In this document: positions 21,046 to 32,426 of the stretch, in pieces
Position numbering within the stretch: the first letter of the stretch is position 1
Layout of the letters: each line of letters begins with the position of its first letter
Origin: Craspedostauros australis
Lineage: Eukaryota
Length of the DNA: 42,374 nucleotides
NCBI GenBank assembly: GCA_030167865.1
Contig: JALAGF010005534.1
Location: 1 to 42,374, forward strand
Direction: 5' to 3'
Translations under genes and position numbers: made by a program
The notes under the pieces: generated by a model
Databases searched by the model: none
Told to the model about the DNA's origin: nothing
Seen by the model: the letters and a program-made list of their open reading frames with translations, nothing else

Positions 21046-21843
21046 TCACGCTAAACTCTCCAACTTCCTCTTCTTAATAGCGTTGCCCAACGCCTCTGCA
21101 TTATCGGCAAGGTACACGCGAACCTTGGCGAGGGAGCGACCGCGATGGCTGATCTTGTTCTTTGCGTCCTTCTCCATCTCCGCATATGTCTTGCCCCCGC
21201 TTTCATCGGGCTCGAAGACCGGATCCCATCCAAAATCCAGCGGCCCTCTCGGCTGCACGATCTTCCCGTTCGTTCGACCATCAAAGACCTGGATCTCTTC
21301 GCCAGGTCCGGCTGAAAAGGCCACCACCGTCTGCGCGTACGCAGATCGGTCGTCAAATCCATCCAGCATGCGATTCAGTCCGTCGTGGCCGCATTTCTCC
21401 AGGAACCACTTGATGTACGGACCCGGCATGCCGTTGAGCGCATTGAAGCACAGGGAGGTGTCCTCCGTCAGAACGGCCCCGCCCACGCGTTCAGCCGCCA
21501 GCTTGCATTTCTCGGCCGCGATCTCCAGTGGTTCGCCCTGCAGCTCGGGCAGGTCGATCTTTTGGTTCGTGATGGCGAATGGCAACGGCGTGCCCTTGCT
21601 CAGAATCTGCTGCACCTCCTCCAGCTTCTTCTTGTTGCCCGTGACGAAAGTGATCGTGGGGTTGGAATCGGCGGACATGTTGCGGCGTTGGTGGGAATGC
21701 GGGCGGTGGGATTGCGAAATATAGTTGTGGGTTGCGACGGTGTGGAATGCGCTGACGGTCGGTACGCCACGCACGGAGAAGAATGGTCGGGATGCGGATA
21801 ACGCACTGAAGAGGACGAGAGTTTGTTGGGGTCTGATGAGCAT
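21046..21843 (-). CDS. ITPA: Inosine triphosphate pyrophosphatase (HAM1/ITPase) with N-terminal extension
   Basis: [53 protein letters not shown]; second Met at 21678. Confidence 0.96.
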   Translation of the reverse strand: MLIRPQQTLVLFSALSASRPFFSVRGVPTVSAFHTVATHNYISQSHRPHSHQRRNMSADSNPTITFVTGNKKKLEEVQQILSKGTPLPFAITNQKIDLPELQGEPLEIAAEKCKLAAERVGGAVLTEDTSLCFNALNGMPGPYIKWFLEKCGHDGLNRMLDGFDDRSAYAQTVVAFSAGPGEEIQVFDGRTNGKIVQPRGPLDFGWDPVFEPDESGGKTYAEMEKDAKNKISHRGRSLAKVRVYLADNAEALGNAIKKRKLESLA

Positions 21844-22551
21844 CGGATCTGCTATGGCGCGCAGCGCAGCGATCGAACTGTCTCGGTCGGAGCAGAACAG
21901 AACAATTCTTGTGAACTATTCTATTATATAATATGATATCAAATGCAGGAAGCTGCGGGTGTTTTGAGGAGAGCTGTGGTGTGTGAGTGTGATGTATGAT
22001 GTGATTGTCGCTTTGGATCCGCTACGTCTCATGCATTGGTTGACTTCGATGGTGTGGGTATTGTGGTCACACTCTCTTGCCATTCAACATGGTTGATGGC
22101 ATCAACGCCAACAAAAGAAGCAGGAAGATGATGGCGCAAAATCTTTTCTTGCGCATCCGTCTGCTCGTCTGTCCGTTCCTTGTACTCTCAACATCCGATG
22201 CCTCTTGGCGGGTGCGTTTGGAGACGTGACTGCTGGACAGCACCTCTGGACGCTCGGTGCTGTGTGAAGGAGAGTCCTCCAGCCTAAATGACATGATCCG
22301 AGATTGATTATGTATGGTGTATTACTATAATAGCTTGGTCTAGCGAATTCATTATTGCATGATTGTGGCAGCAGGTTGAGCTCTCCTTTGTGCTTGTTGC
22401 GAGACGCGATCGCCGATGATCTCTGACGGAATCATGTGCCCATCTGACAGAATTAGCGTGAACTCTCATGCCATATCCTTCCGTGGCGTATTCGTAGCTT
22501 GCATGATGTCCAGAGATACCGCAATCTACCCGTAACAGAGCAGCTGCGCCT

Positions 22552-24065
22552 CTACGCGGCCTTTTGGATGGATTCCAACTGCAAACACGGTGGAAGATCG
22601 GCCTTCGTGGGATAGGACGTCTGTGCACCGACCTTACGGACGGACATGCTGGCGACTCCGCAGGCAAATATGGCAGACTGCTGCAAGCTGACTCCCATCG
22701 ATAGGTACGCCGCGAGGGCACCGCAGAATGCATCGCCTGCGCCGATCGTGTCCTGCACGGGTTCGTTGCGGGCTGGCAAATCCTCGGGCGCGTCCACCAA
22801 CGTGACAGCAGTTTCAGCAGAATCACCATCGTTGGTGACGATCATGGCGCCGCGTGCTCCGAGCGTGACCAGCACAGACTGCACTCCTTTGGCGAGGAGC
22901 GCTTTGGCCATCTCCTCCTCCGTCATCGTATCCGATCCCATCCCTTGGCAGATCTTCTGCAATTCTGTCTCGTTGGGAATGAGAATGTCGACATGCGGGT
23001 AGAACTCTTGTCCGGGATCCTCCAATGTCCAACCCTCCGGCGCCGGCGCTGTGTTGAGGATCGTGATGGCTCCGATCTCCTTGCCGACCTTCAATGCTTC
23101 GAGTGCCACTTCTGGCTTGATCTCCAGCTGCACAACCACCACGGCTGGCTTGGCCTCCAGCAAGGATTTGCGCACATCGTCTTTGGTCATGGCGTAGTTC
23201 GCGCCCGGCGATACGATGATCATGTTGTCACCTGATTTGGAATCGACCGTGATGCTTGCCACGCCGGATGGCGTATCGGCCAGCACGGTCGTTGCTTCGT
23301 CGAACTCCACATTCACGCGTCCTGTGGCAGCAGCGGACGATACATGTAGTATGACGTATAATAGATGACAACGATTAGCAACATGGGAACTTGACATGTG
23401 GATTGCGAGAAGAATACTGGTGGAGCGGAACAGTGTGTGGTTTCTGCGAATATATAACGCGCATGTATGTAGGGCTTGGACAAAACATCGGTTCTGGACG
23501 CCACCATGGGGACAGCGAGCAGCTTCACATCGCATCGCATCGCATCCCACCATGTGGCACCATCAATTTGCATCATCGCACGCACTCGAAATGAGAACTT
23601 ACGAAAGTTGTCCAACAAGTTCCTGCCAAAGATGTCATCACCCACGCGGCACAGCATGGAGACGGGCACGAGGCCCAAGGAAGCGGCCGCAACTGCCTGG
23701 TTGGCACCCTTGCCACCACAGGCCGTAGTGAAGGTATCACCCATGACGGTCTCGCCCAGCGTGGGGAGGATGTTGGTGTTGGAGATCAGATCCTGATTGG
23801 TGGATCCCACCACGACGATGCGCTGATCGTCGTTGCGAGCATCGCTGTCTGTGTTGGACGCGGACATGCTGAGCATGGGTGAAGAGGAGCGTGGCTGTGT
23901 GTATGAGTGCGTGTCTTGGTACGGATGTGTTGTGGATAGTCTTGGTGGTGCCGTTGATTGGATTGTGAAAGAGCGAGCCGTGGGAGTCTGAAGGATTGTG
24001 ACCAAAGTGAAGAGGCAGATCAGGAGGCTGGAGGAGGAAAGCACATGCACTGCTTGTCGGACCAT
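22552..24065 (-). CDS. RBKS: Ribokinase (PfkB family), two exons: 24065-23603 and 23321-22552
   Basis: VVVGSTNQDL, GGKGANQAVAAA, QLEI, NTAPA, PNETE, VTLGARG, DTIGAGDAFCG. The GTAAGT donor at 23602 and CAG acceptor at 23322 join ...NFR-RVNVEFD in frame. Confidence 0.93.
23322..23602 (-). other. Spliceosomal intron (281 nt, phase 1) in ribokinase
   Basis: GTAAGT...GCTAAT (branch-like)...ACAG; splicing restores the PfkB frame. Confidence 0.85.
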
Positions 24066-25040
24066 GGTGTTCTCCGTAGTGGCAAGCTGTAGTATGCTGT
24101 AGTATGCTGTAGTAAGCTGGAGTAAGCTGCAGTATGCTGGAGGAAGGCTGTTGATGATGCTGGAGTCTGGTGATGATCACGATCGCGAAGTGTTGTGTTG
24201 TGGCTGCACGTTGACTCTTGAATCTGCCGAGATCGGCGCGACGTCGATGCTCACACCAATACGACTGCTGTCGCCCATGTCTCTGGTTGCGTCGAAAAGA
24301 ACAACGCAGATCTCGCTTGTTGCCGTGTTGCTTCTTCCTTCTTTGGATCCAAAACTCCGATGTTCGTTTTCGGAACATTCTTGACGCATCGATTCGCGTT
24401 GGTCATGACGTCATCGAACCAGACAGTCATGGTCGAATGAGTCGGAGGTAGCTTCTCGTTCCGAAACAAGATACCATCTGTCTCACATCAACAAACACAA
24501 TTCTCAGTCACAACAAAAAGAACATCGTCATGTCTGCGCGTCCATGTGCAGAGAATTCGCCCAACAACCAAACGTGCCGAGTGGTTCTTTTTCGCGCGTG
24601 TGGCTTGGTTGCTTCGGACGACAATGAGAACACTGTGCCGTCACTGATGCAGGCAGTTGCGAGTTGATGTTGTGGCTGTCATCGGTGGAGAACGGAAGGA
24701 GGTCTTGTGTGGCTCGATTCTGTGTTGTCTTTGCATTCACTCTGTGCCATTGCTCCTGTTGCGCCTCTCATTTCAGTCCATGCCAGTCAATGGCATCGTT
24801 CTTCCCCTGACTTTGGTGTGGAAATAGCAGGAACTCCATTCGGTTTCCATTGGAGGACTTTCGGGAGAGACCATCATTGTGGTCATTGCTCACTTCAGGA
24901 GGCAGCGAAGCTTGAGAGCAGAGGGCAACAGCAGTGAATCGACGAATGCAAGCAAAGCCACAGCCATAGTCGTACTATCCAAACAACGAGAAAGCAAGAG
25001 GAGGAGAGAGGAGGAGGCGCACTTCAACATTAGCCTCAAC

Positions 25041-25922
25041 ATGACACGAGATGCGGAGCGATCAACGCCAACGCATACCAGACGAAGGCGGCGCATCATT
25101 CCTTTCATGACTTGCGCTCTTGCGCAACTGATCGCGTTGTCATCGAGAACAACAGCGACGGAGGCCTTCCAATGCATGCCATGTCGCAGAACGTTCTTGG
25201 GTGCACGAGGCAAAGGCATTGGAACCGGCCATGCACCGCCAACCATCATCGGACATCCATCTGCACGCCTTTCAAACACGCAAGTCGCAAGCGGCGGCAA
25301 TAGCAACGACAACGCGAACAACAACAGCGGCGGCTGCGGCAATGATGATGATGATGGCTTCAATCCATACCACAGCGACAACGCCCTCCTGATGCAACGC
25401 ATACAGCAACTGCGCGTGGGCATCCTGGAGGAGGAGTACAAGCGACCACCCAACGCCCATCTCTCCCCCACCGAGCTGGTGCACGAAGTCGTCATGGGAT
25501 TGTACTCGCCGTACGACCCCACGCCCGATGCCGGATTCCGATTGCTGCTGCAGGCATCCACGCAGGATTGGAGATCGGCCATCGCGCGATCTATCGGCGC
25601 CCGCGATGATTCCGATATCGCCGTCGTGGCGTCCGCCTTGGGCGCAGCGCTGGAACGTCCCAACAACCAGTATTCGATCCTCGTGGGGGAAGCCGAGGAG
25701 TTCCAGCTGGACTTTCCATCCGAGCTCGACTTTGAGGATGGCACGTGCTGGATCGAGTGCCAGTTGCGCGACACGGCAGAGAGCAGGTTGCTGGTCGTGA
25801 CGGGATGGGATCTCGTGCGGGAGGATGGCGCTTGGCTCGTGGATCGAGTGATGTGGCAGGACTTTCGCGATGGCTTTCGTCCCGGCGTGGGCAGGGAAGA
25901 GTGGTTCATGTTGGTGGACTGA
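25041..25922 (+). CDS. Hypothetical plastid-targeted protein (possible NTF2-like/DUF4864-like core)
   Basis: Hydrophobic segment then TEA-F cleavage motif; core PPNAHLSPTELV...DPTPDAGF...WDLVREDGAWLVDRV. The fold assignment is a weak recollection. Confidence 0.8.
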   Translation: MTRDAERSTPTHTRRRRRIIPFMTCALAQLIALSSRTTATEAFQCMPCRRTFLGARGKGIGTGHAPPTIIGHPSARLSNTQVASGGNSNDNANNNSGGCGNDDDDGFNPYHSDNALLMQRIQQLRVGILEEEYKRPPNAHLSPTELVHEVVMGLYSPYDPTPDAGFRLLLQASTQDWRSAIARSIGARDDSDIAVVASALGAALERPNNQYSILVGEAEEFQLDFPSELDFEDGTCWIECQLRDTAESRLLVVTGWDLVREDGAWLVDRVMWQDFRDGFRPGVGREEWFMLVD

Positions 25923-26753
25923 CGCCTGCCCGCCTAGCAACTATTCTATACACATCGAGTGAGCGCAAAGGCGCTTGTACGTATAGTATGATATTCATGT
26001 GGAATAGAGCATGGGAGTATTATTGTAGTACAATGTTAGAGTAACAGCAGAGTACAGATACTCGTTGTAGGCAATGATTTCTCCTGTGCACTACATAGTA
26101 TTGCGACTGTTAGTGCTTTGGTGTACTACGACCATCCAAGAAGACAATGCTACACAGCGCGGTGCTGGCCGATGCTGCTGTGCAAGTCTTTCCAGACCAG
26201 GGAGGGTCGAGCATGGTTGGAAGGTGCCGGGGTGCTGATCTGTGGTGCTCCAAGAGAGAAGAAGTTGGTAGGGATAGATTTCCTCTTGCTTCGCTTCTGT
26301 TGGCGTCGAACCGAGTCCCGAGTAACAATCAGTCGTGTAACGTCTTCGCGCCGATCTCGTTCAGTCAAACAAATCGAACGGCGCGGACGACTCACAGGAT
26401 CAAATCTAGCGTTCAAGTACGTGCGTGCTTGGCGCCCAATGAAACATGCAAAGGATCGGCACCAAACACCGTGGCTGTTGCGACGACGACGATGGCGGAA
26501 GGCGACGGCAACAGCTGCAACACGAGGAAGAGGAGAGTGGAGCAAGAAAACGGTGTGGCCGCTCGTACTCGACGAGCGGTGGTGTTGTGCTTCAACTCTG
26601 TCAACGCAGCCAGCAACGCAGCCAGCAACGCAGCCAGCAAACCAACCCAAACAACAAATAGTTCATCCCAACAGACGACTCTACCCTACAGTCTTCGTAC
26701 TCTACACACACGCAAACACACACACACACACACGCACACACACGTATCCAACC

Positions 26754-27890
26754 ATGGCTCCACTGAAGATCCTCCTCGTCGCTGCAGCGGCCACCGTTGC
26801 CAATGCCTTCGCCCCTATGCAGTACAGCCGACCAGCGGCCTCCACCCAGCTTCAGGAATCCTTCGGTCTTGGAATTGGCGAAGACACCTACGAGAACCAG
26901 CCGGATCTGCTCAAGGGAGAGGCCGAATACAAGCAGTACATGAACAGAGTCAAGGAGGACAACTTGCTTAACGAGAAGGTCAGTCATCTCGTTGCTTTGT
27001 TTTGTATTGTTTTGTTTTGTCTGTATTGTATTGTATTGTATTGTATTGTATTGTATTGTATTGTGTTGGGTAAAGTGTTGGGTAGAATGGAGATGGATGG
27101 CATCGGGGAGAGCAGAGGAGAGGACATTCGAGTGCCTTGGAGAACTCCACTTTGGATGCTCTCCATGCTTTCGACATGCGTTGCATTACGTCATGCTGGA
27201 GCATTCCTTCGTCTCCATGTCTGTCTCTCTGCCTGCATCGTGTGATGTCATCCTCAATTCCAGATGGTCCGTTCGCTGACTGATCCTGCCATTGGCGCCA
27301 TTCTCACAGAGCTTGTTTCGACACAACCGATGCGATCATCATCATCAACAACAACAACATCAACATCATGGCGACTGACTGTTGATATGCCAATGACGAT
27401 GCTGCCAATACCATGACCAACAACCATACTCTGCATGTTGTACCATTGACAATTACAGTACAACGCCATCCGACGCGTGCGCGAGCTCGAGCTTCTGGAG
27501 AAGACCGTCGATGCTGGAATCCTGTCCAAGCTGGAGGCCCTCGGACTTGACTTCGAGACCATCGAGGAGCTCCTCCCAGCCATCGAATCGGCCGGACTCC
27601 TCTCCATCGCCGGAAACAACCAGCAGCTCCTCGTCAACCTCGCCGCCCCGCTCCTCATTGAGGGCGCACCATTCCTCCTCCCAGTCGTCGCCCAGGCTCT
27701 CGCCATCGGACCAGCCGCCTTCTACGGAGCTGCCGCCGCTGTTGCAGCCGTCGAGGCCGGACTCGTCGTCAACGACGTCGAGATTCCATTCGTCGGACTT
27801 TCCGCCGGAACCTTCGTGGGTCTCCTCCTCGTTCCACTGGCCGCCGTCCTTGCCGGTGCCGGAGTTGTCCTCGGCAGCTTGAAGAAGTAA
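26754..27890 (+). CDS. DUF1118 / RIQ-like thylakoid membrane protein, two exons: 26754-26978 and 27459-27890 (218 aa)
   Basis: MAPLKILLVAAAATVANA-FAP presequence. The GTCAGT donor at 26979 and TACAG acceptor at 27458 join NEK-YNAIRRVRE in frame. VRELELLEKTVDAGILSKLEALGLDFETIEELLPAIESAGLLS plus C-terminal hydrophobic helices resembles DUF1118. Confidence 0.85.
26979..27458 (+). other. Spliceosomal intron (480 nt, phase 0) containing an (ATTGT)n microsatellite at ~27022-27064
   Basis: GT-AG ends and in-frame join. A similar ATTGT run lies at ~7818-7845. Confidence 0.85.
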
Positions 27891-28701
27891 GCGATTTCAC
27901 ATGCTCCACATTCATTTGGTAGTTTTACTTTAATGAACGATTCGCAACGTGCACCACGATCAACGACGGCAGCCTGCGATGTCGTGCTTGCAGGTGTCGC
28001 GTTCAATCCCTGCATCAAGCGATGGAAAAGCAAACGAACAACAACAAGCGACCGTTCATTCCGTCTATGAGTTCATCCATCCGTCTTCCTCTTTGGTGTC
28101 GTCCCATTGCACAAACAAATCATCCTGGCCAACAGGCCGAAGGCACACATTAATCTACAATAACCATGGTGGACTTGAGCAGGAATCAAACCAGTAGAAG
28201 TCTTGCGTGCTCAACCTTGCCAAGCACATCGTAACAGAGTGGGATAGAACTAGAGTAGAGAGCATGCCATACGAACGTAATCCTCCCTCATGAATGGGCT
28301 TCATTCGAATCTGAAACGTCATCGCAAGCATGTTGCGGAGTGGATAGTTTCGTGATGTGTGTGTGTGCGAGTGTTGCATGAGCCAGATTGCGCAAACGGT
28401 GAGAAATGGTGGCGTAGTTGAAGCCGATCCAACCTCCGCGACATGTTTCGGAAGACCAGTTTCTGTGGTCACAGAGGCAGGTGACCGCACAAAAATGAGA
28501 ACCACCTTCATCTTTCTTGCACATCACATCACCCTCTCTTCTGGCATTGGCGGCCGTCCATTCTTTCCGACAATCATTGTCATCATCATCTCACACATAC
28601 TACATGTACATTCGTGGAATATAATACCATATTTCAAGGCACATAGCAACACACTGCTCTACGACACTCTACCACCATACTATCATAGAATAATATACAG
28701 C

Positions 28702-29517
28702 ATGTTGAACCGACTGCTTCTCACATCCTTCGTGGCCATGCAGCCACGCAGTTTGCACACATTACCAATGGCTGGTACATCAGTGCCATCTTTCTGCACG
28801 TACCAATCTTCACACCTCCACGTCAGGCAGCTGTCCTCTTTGTCATCATCGACATCAACATCATCAACGCCCAACGTCGTCGTGTGCTTTGGCCGTCCGG
28901 GTGCAGGCAAAACCACGGTGGCCAACAAAGCGCTGGATACTCTCCTCTCGCAATCATCATCGTCACCGTCCATCCGCTGCGTTGGATTGGATCTGGATGT
29001 CTGCGTGCCGCAATGGATGAAGGACAACTTTGCCAACGGCATCTACCCGACTCTCCAACAACGTCAGACCTTTGCAACGGAAGCTTGCGACTATGTCGAC
29101 GAACAACTGGCGGCGCAGCTCACAACCACAAGCAGCATGGTGACGACACAATCGCCAACGCCGATCGTGGCCTTGGTGTCTTTCAGCTTCGTCAACACCG
29201 ATCTGCGGGATACCTTCCGATCCAGGTTTCCGCAGGCGGAATGGGTGCTGATTCATACGGATATTGAAGAAGCGCAACGCCGCATTCAGCAGCGCGAAGG
29301 ACACTTCTACAAAGGCAACACGTCTGGTGCGAAGGACGATGTGCCATCCTCCGCAGCAGCAGCAGCAGCAGCAGAAGATGATGAGAACAATAGCGAATGG
29401 GACTTTGCTCCAGTCACCTTCCCGCACCGCGTCTTGGATGGAGACGATTGCGTCGAGCACAACAGCGATCAGATTGTCGAGATCATTCGATCTATCGCAG
29501 AGAAACGCAATGTCTAG
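28702..29517 (+). CDS. P-loop kinase, gluconokinase/shikimate-kinase-like, with organellar-type presequence
   Basis: Walker A GRPGAGKTT; DLDVCVPQWMKDNFANGIYPT and RIQQREGHFY echo the GntK/IdnK motifs. Start placed at MLNRLLL (28702). Confidence 0.8.
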   Translation: MLNRLLLTSFVAMQPRSLHTLPMAGTSVPSFCTYQSSHLHVRQLSSLSSSTSTSSTPNVVVCFGRPGAGKTTVANKALDTLLSQSSSSPSIRCVGLDLDVCVPQWMKDNFANGIYPTLQQRQTFATEACDYVDEQLAAQLTTTSSMVTTQSPTPIVALVSFSFVNTDLRDTFRSRFPQAEWVLIHTDIEEAQRRIQQREGHFYKGNTSGAKDDVPSSAAAAAAAEDDENNSEWDFAPVTFPHRVLDGDDCVEHNSDQIVEIIRSIAEKRNV

Positions 29518-29816
29518 AAGACTACGAGTGCTCGATCCCGTCTTGATTTCAGGCACACACCACCATGGATGGATCGTTCGGTCCATTTGGTGCTCTTCTC
29601 TGGATCGTATACTATTTTACTCGCATGCCATGCAAGAGAGAGTCAGGCCAACACCGAGGCCAGAAATTCATTGGCAACAGCAAAAACAATTGGCAGGAGA
29701 AGGAACTCCCAATGCCCTACCCTGTGTACGTGTGCACATTCATCCTGCACACTCGGCTATCAGGCATCAGCCATCAAGTATCACCATCGTCATCACGACC
29801 ACGATCACGATCATAT

Positions 29817-30827
29817 TCATTGCAGCGTATCGTTTGTATCCAAGTACTCCTGCAACTTCTTATCGACGATCTCCACGCGCTCCACCAGCTCAGAATCCAC
29901 TTCGCCTCGCACTTGCGTGAAGCCTTCCAAAGCTTCCTCAGTCAGTGCCTTCATCTCATGTGCGAAGGAGACGCCTCGCACCATCAGGCCAGCTTCAAGG
30001 ACGCCGTTCATCTCCTCGATCTTTTCGTACGCCATCAGCTGCCCCAGAACGATCGCACCTTCTCCCAGATCCTTCCCGAGCTCCTCCAGCACCCTTGTTT
30101 GGATGATGCGGATAATCTCGAGCAACCGCACGCTCTCGGGAGTCATTTTGGGCGCGCCCGCAATTCGTTCGCACTCGCCATCGAGATGACGCAGGAACCC
30201 CGGCGTGAAATTCTCCTTCTCTTTCGCAATCAATTTGTCGAGCAGTTCCTCACGGTTTCCGCCCGATTCCTTGTCTCTCATGGTATTGATGATCTTGCCC
30301 AGAAGCTTCTTATTCTGCATGTCCATCGTCTCCGCCTGCTCCACAAAGTCCTCCGTGAAGGACATGATGGATTCCATGATCTCGATGGTGCGCGGGAAGT
30401 CCTCGTTGTCCTTCGACTCTTCGAGGACTTGCTTCAGAATTTCGGCCCCGTCCTCGCCCTTCAACGACAGGATAGTCTCGACGTTCCTGGCCATGACCTG
30501 CGGTAGATGGGTTGGATCCTCGGTGGCCAATGCGGTGTCCAAGAAGGCGCGGAAATCACTCATGCGTTTGTCCTTTTCAGCTTTCGCCTTCTGCTTCAGC
30601 ACTTCCATTTCAGTCGGCTTGCCGTCTTCGCTCTCTTCGTACGGATTGGACGACGGTGGTCCGTATCGCGGCGTGGCATGAAGCTCTGTACTCGTAGTTC
30701 GACCGAAGATCGTGGGCAATCGCGGAAGGTACGCATATCCATTCACTGGATGACTTCCAATCGCGGCGCTGCACAACAGCAACGTCAGCGCAACATGCGA
30801 GCGTGCTTTTCTGTCCATTTTCATCAT
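29817..30827 (-). CDS. Hypothetical helical protein, probably plastid-targeted
   Basis: Single 336-aa ORF with coding-like codon use; signal peptide, VNG-Y cleavage with aromatic +1, Arg/Thr/Pro-rich transit; acidic amphipathic helices. Confidence 0.85.
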   Translation of the reverse strand: MMKMDRKARSHVALTLLLCSAAIGSHPVNGYAYLPRLPTIFGRTTSTELHATPRYGPPSSNPYEESEDGKPTEMEVLKQKAKAEKDKRMSDFRAFLDTALATEDPTHLPQVMARNVETILSLKGEDGAEILKQVLEESKDNEDFPRTIEIMESIMSFTEDFVEQAETMDMQNKKLLGKIINTMRDKESGGNREELLDKLIAKEKENFTPGFLRHLDGECERIAGAPKMTPESVRLLEIIRIIQTRVLEELGKDLGEGAIVLGQLMAYEKIEEMNGVLEAGLMVRGVSFAHEMKALTEEALEGFTQVRGEVDSELVERVEIVDKKLQEYLDTNDTLQ

Positions 30828-32426
30828 TGTCTGTGGCCAGAGGAGAGCACTCCAATTGAGTATAATATAAAATATTAGATCACACCCGTCCTCGTAGTTT
30901 ACCTCACAGTATCTGTGAAGAAATGGAATAGCAATGGCAATAAAGTACGACTATGAGTACTCGTCGAGAGTCCGTCTCCTCTTGATGATGGATGTTGTGT
31001 GAAATGTGTTGGAGGATCTTTGCGTTGGCTGCAGAAGCTGGTTGTTGTCGGCGTGTTGGTTGGTTTGTCGAAGCGAAGTTCTCTTCGTTTCTGGTGACAC
31101 ATCAAGATGATTTTGATCGTCTTGATCCTATTAACTCATAACCTAAGACCATGCGACATAAAGTACTGTCATAGCGTCTATTGGAGACGGACAGAATCGA
31201 GCCCTTTTCTGTATGTCGCTGCGACGTCGTAGTTCAAGAACGCTGACGAACAACAACTTTGTTCACAAGAGAAGCGCCGACTGGCGAACACACGATGGAG
31301 AACATTCAATCTCACAATGTTGTTTCGCACCCATCGTGGCTCAAGCACCAACGATCAACGATCGATGGTATCTCTGACGTTGTTGCCAGCTTGTCAATGA
31401 GCTGATGACAGGATCATCGTCGTCGTCATCATCGTCATCGCCGCCGATGCCATTAAAATGCCCTCATTCCGGTGCCATGGCGGCGGTTTCAATGAAGAAC
31501 CGATTCACTCTGATGTCATGATCCATGAACTGATGGGTGCTTGGAGGCGGAATGAATGGGCACTCGTCCCCCAAGCACCACGCAGATCTTCTCTTGGGCA
31601 TTGCCAAACCAGGCGGCTGGATCAGCTGCCCCCGATACTCGAGGCATCCCCCCTGCGCGACCGGAATGTGTCATATTCGCCAAAGCAGATGTGGTGAATG
31701 TCTCGGCCGTTCTGCGCACGGCGGTCAATGAAGTACGATAATACGATTCTGCAGAGGATCCGGATGCAATGGTAACGATACAGATACCAGCGCCAGCGCA
31801 TCACTCTCGCTGCACAACATCTCTTCGTCGGCCCAAACGTCCGCATGTCCATGAGACAACCCAGATCAAAACGTTGCGATGGTCACGGCAACGGCCCGGA
31901 TTTGCATGCTGCCAGCAGAAACTGCGCCAGTTGATTCGAAGCAAATGCCCACGCGCATTCCTGTCAGTTTTAGCCACACCATGGCTGTGAGGCTTCCGTC
32001 CTTCGCCATGCAATTCAACGCAATGCAATTCAACACAATGCAATTCAATGCAGTATGATGCGATGGGCCTGGAAATGACGCGCGGTCTCGTGCAAATTGT
32101 AGCGTACGCAGAGTATCAAGAGTGTGTGCCAAAGGTATATATTCGTGTCTACTCGTACTGTGTTGGACAGTGATGTCACGGATAGCCAGCGACGCAATCA
32201 TCATTTCATCACAACCAAATGCAACCTCGCGCACACGATGAATTCAAGTATAGTATGCTATCCTGCATTGCTTAGTATTCTTAGAATACTCTCTACCGGT
32301 ATGCACACATGCGCGCGCGCGTGTGTGTGTGACGCTATTCCTCCGCTAATGCCCATTGAATAGATGAGTATTTAATTGCTCTAATTCCACATTCTTTACA
32401 ACGCCCTGACGATTGAGCTTTGAAGC

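Noticed and set aside
15144..24065. Deltex + ITPase + ribokinase as an ADP-ribose/nucleotide cluster
   Set aside because: Predicted compartments differ and adjacency alone is weak evidence in a eukaryote; would need synteny.
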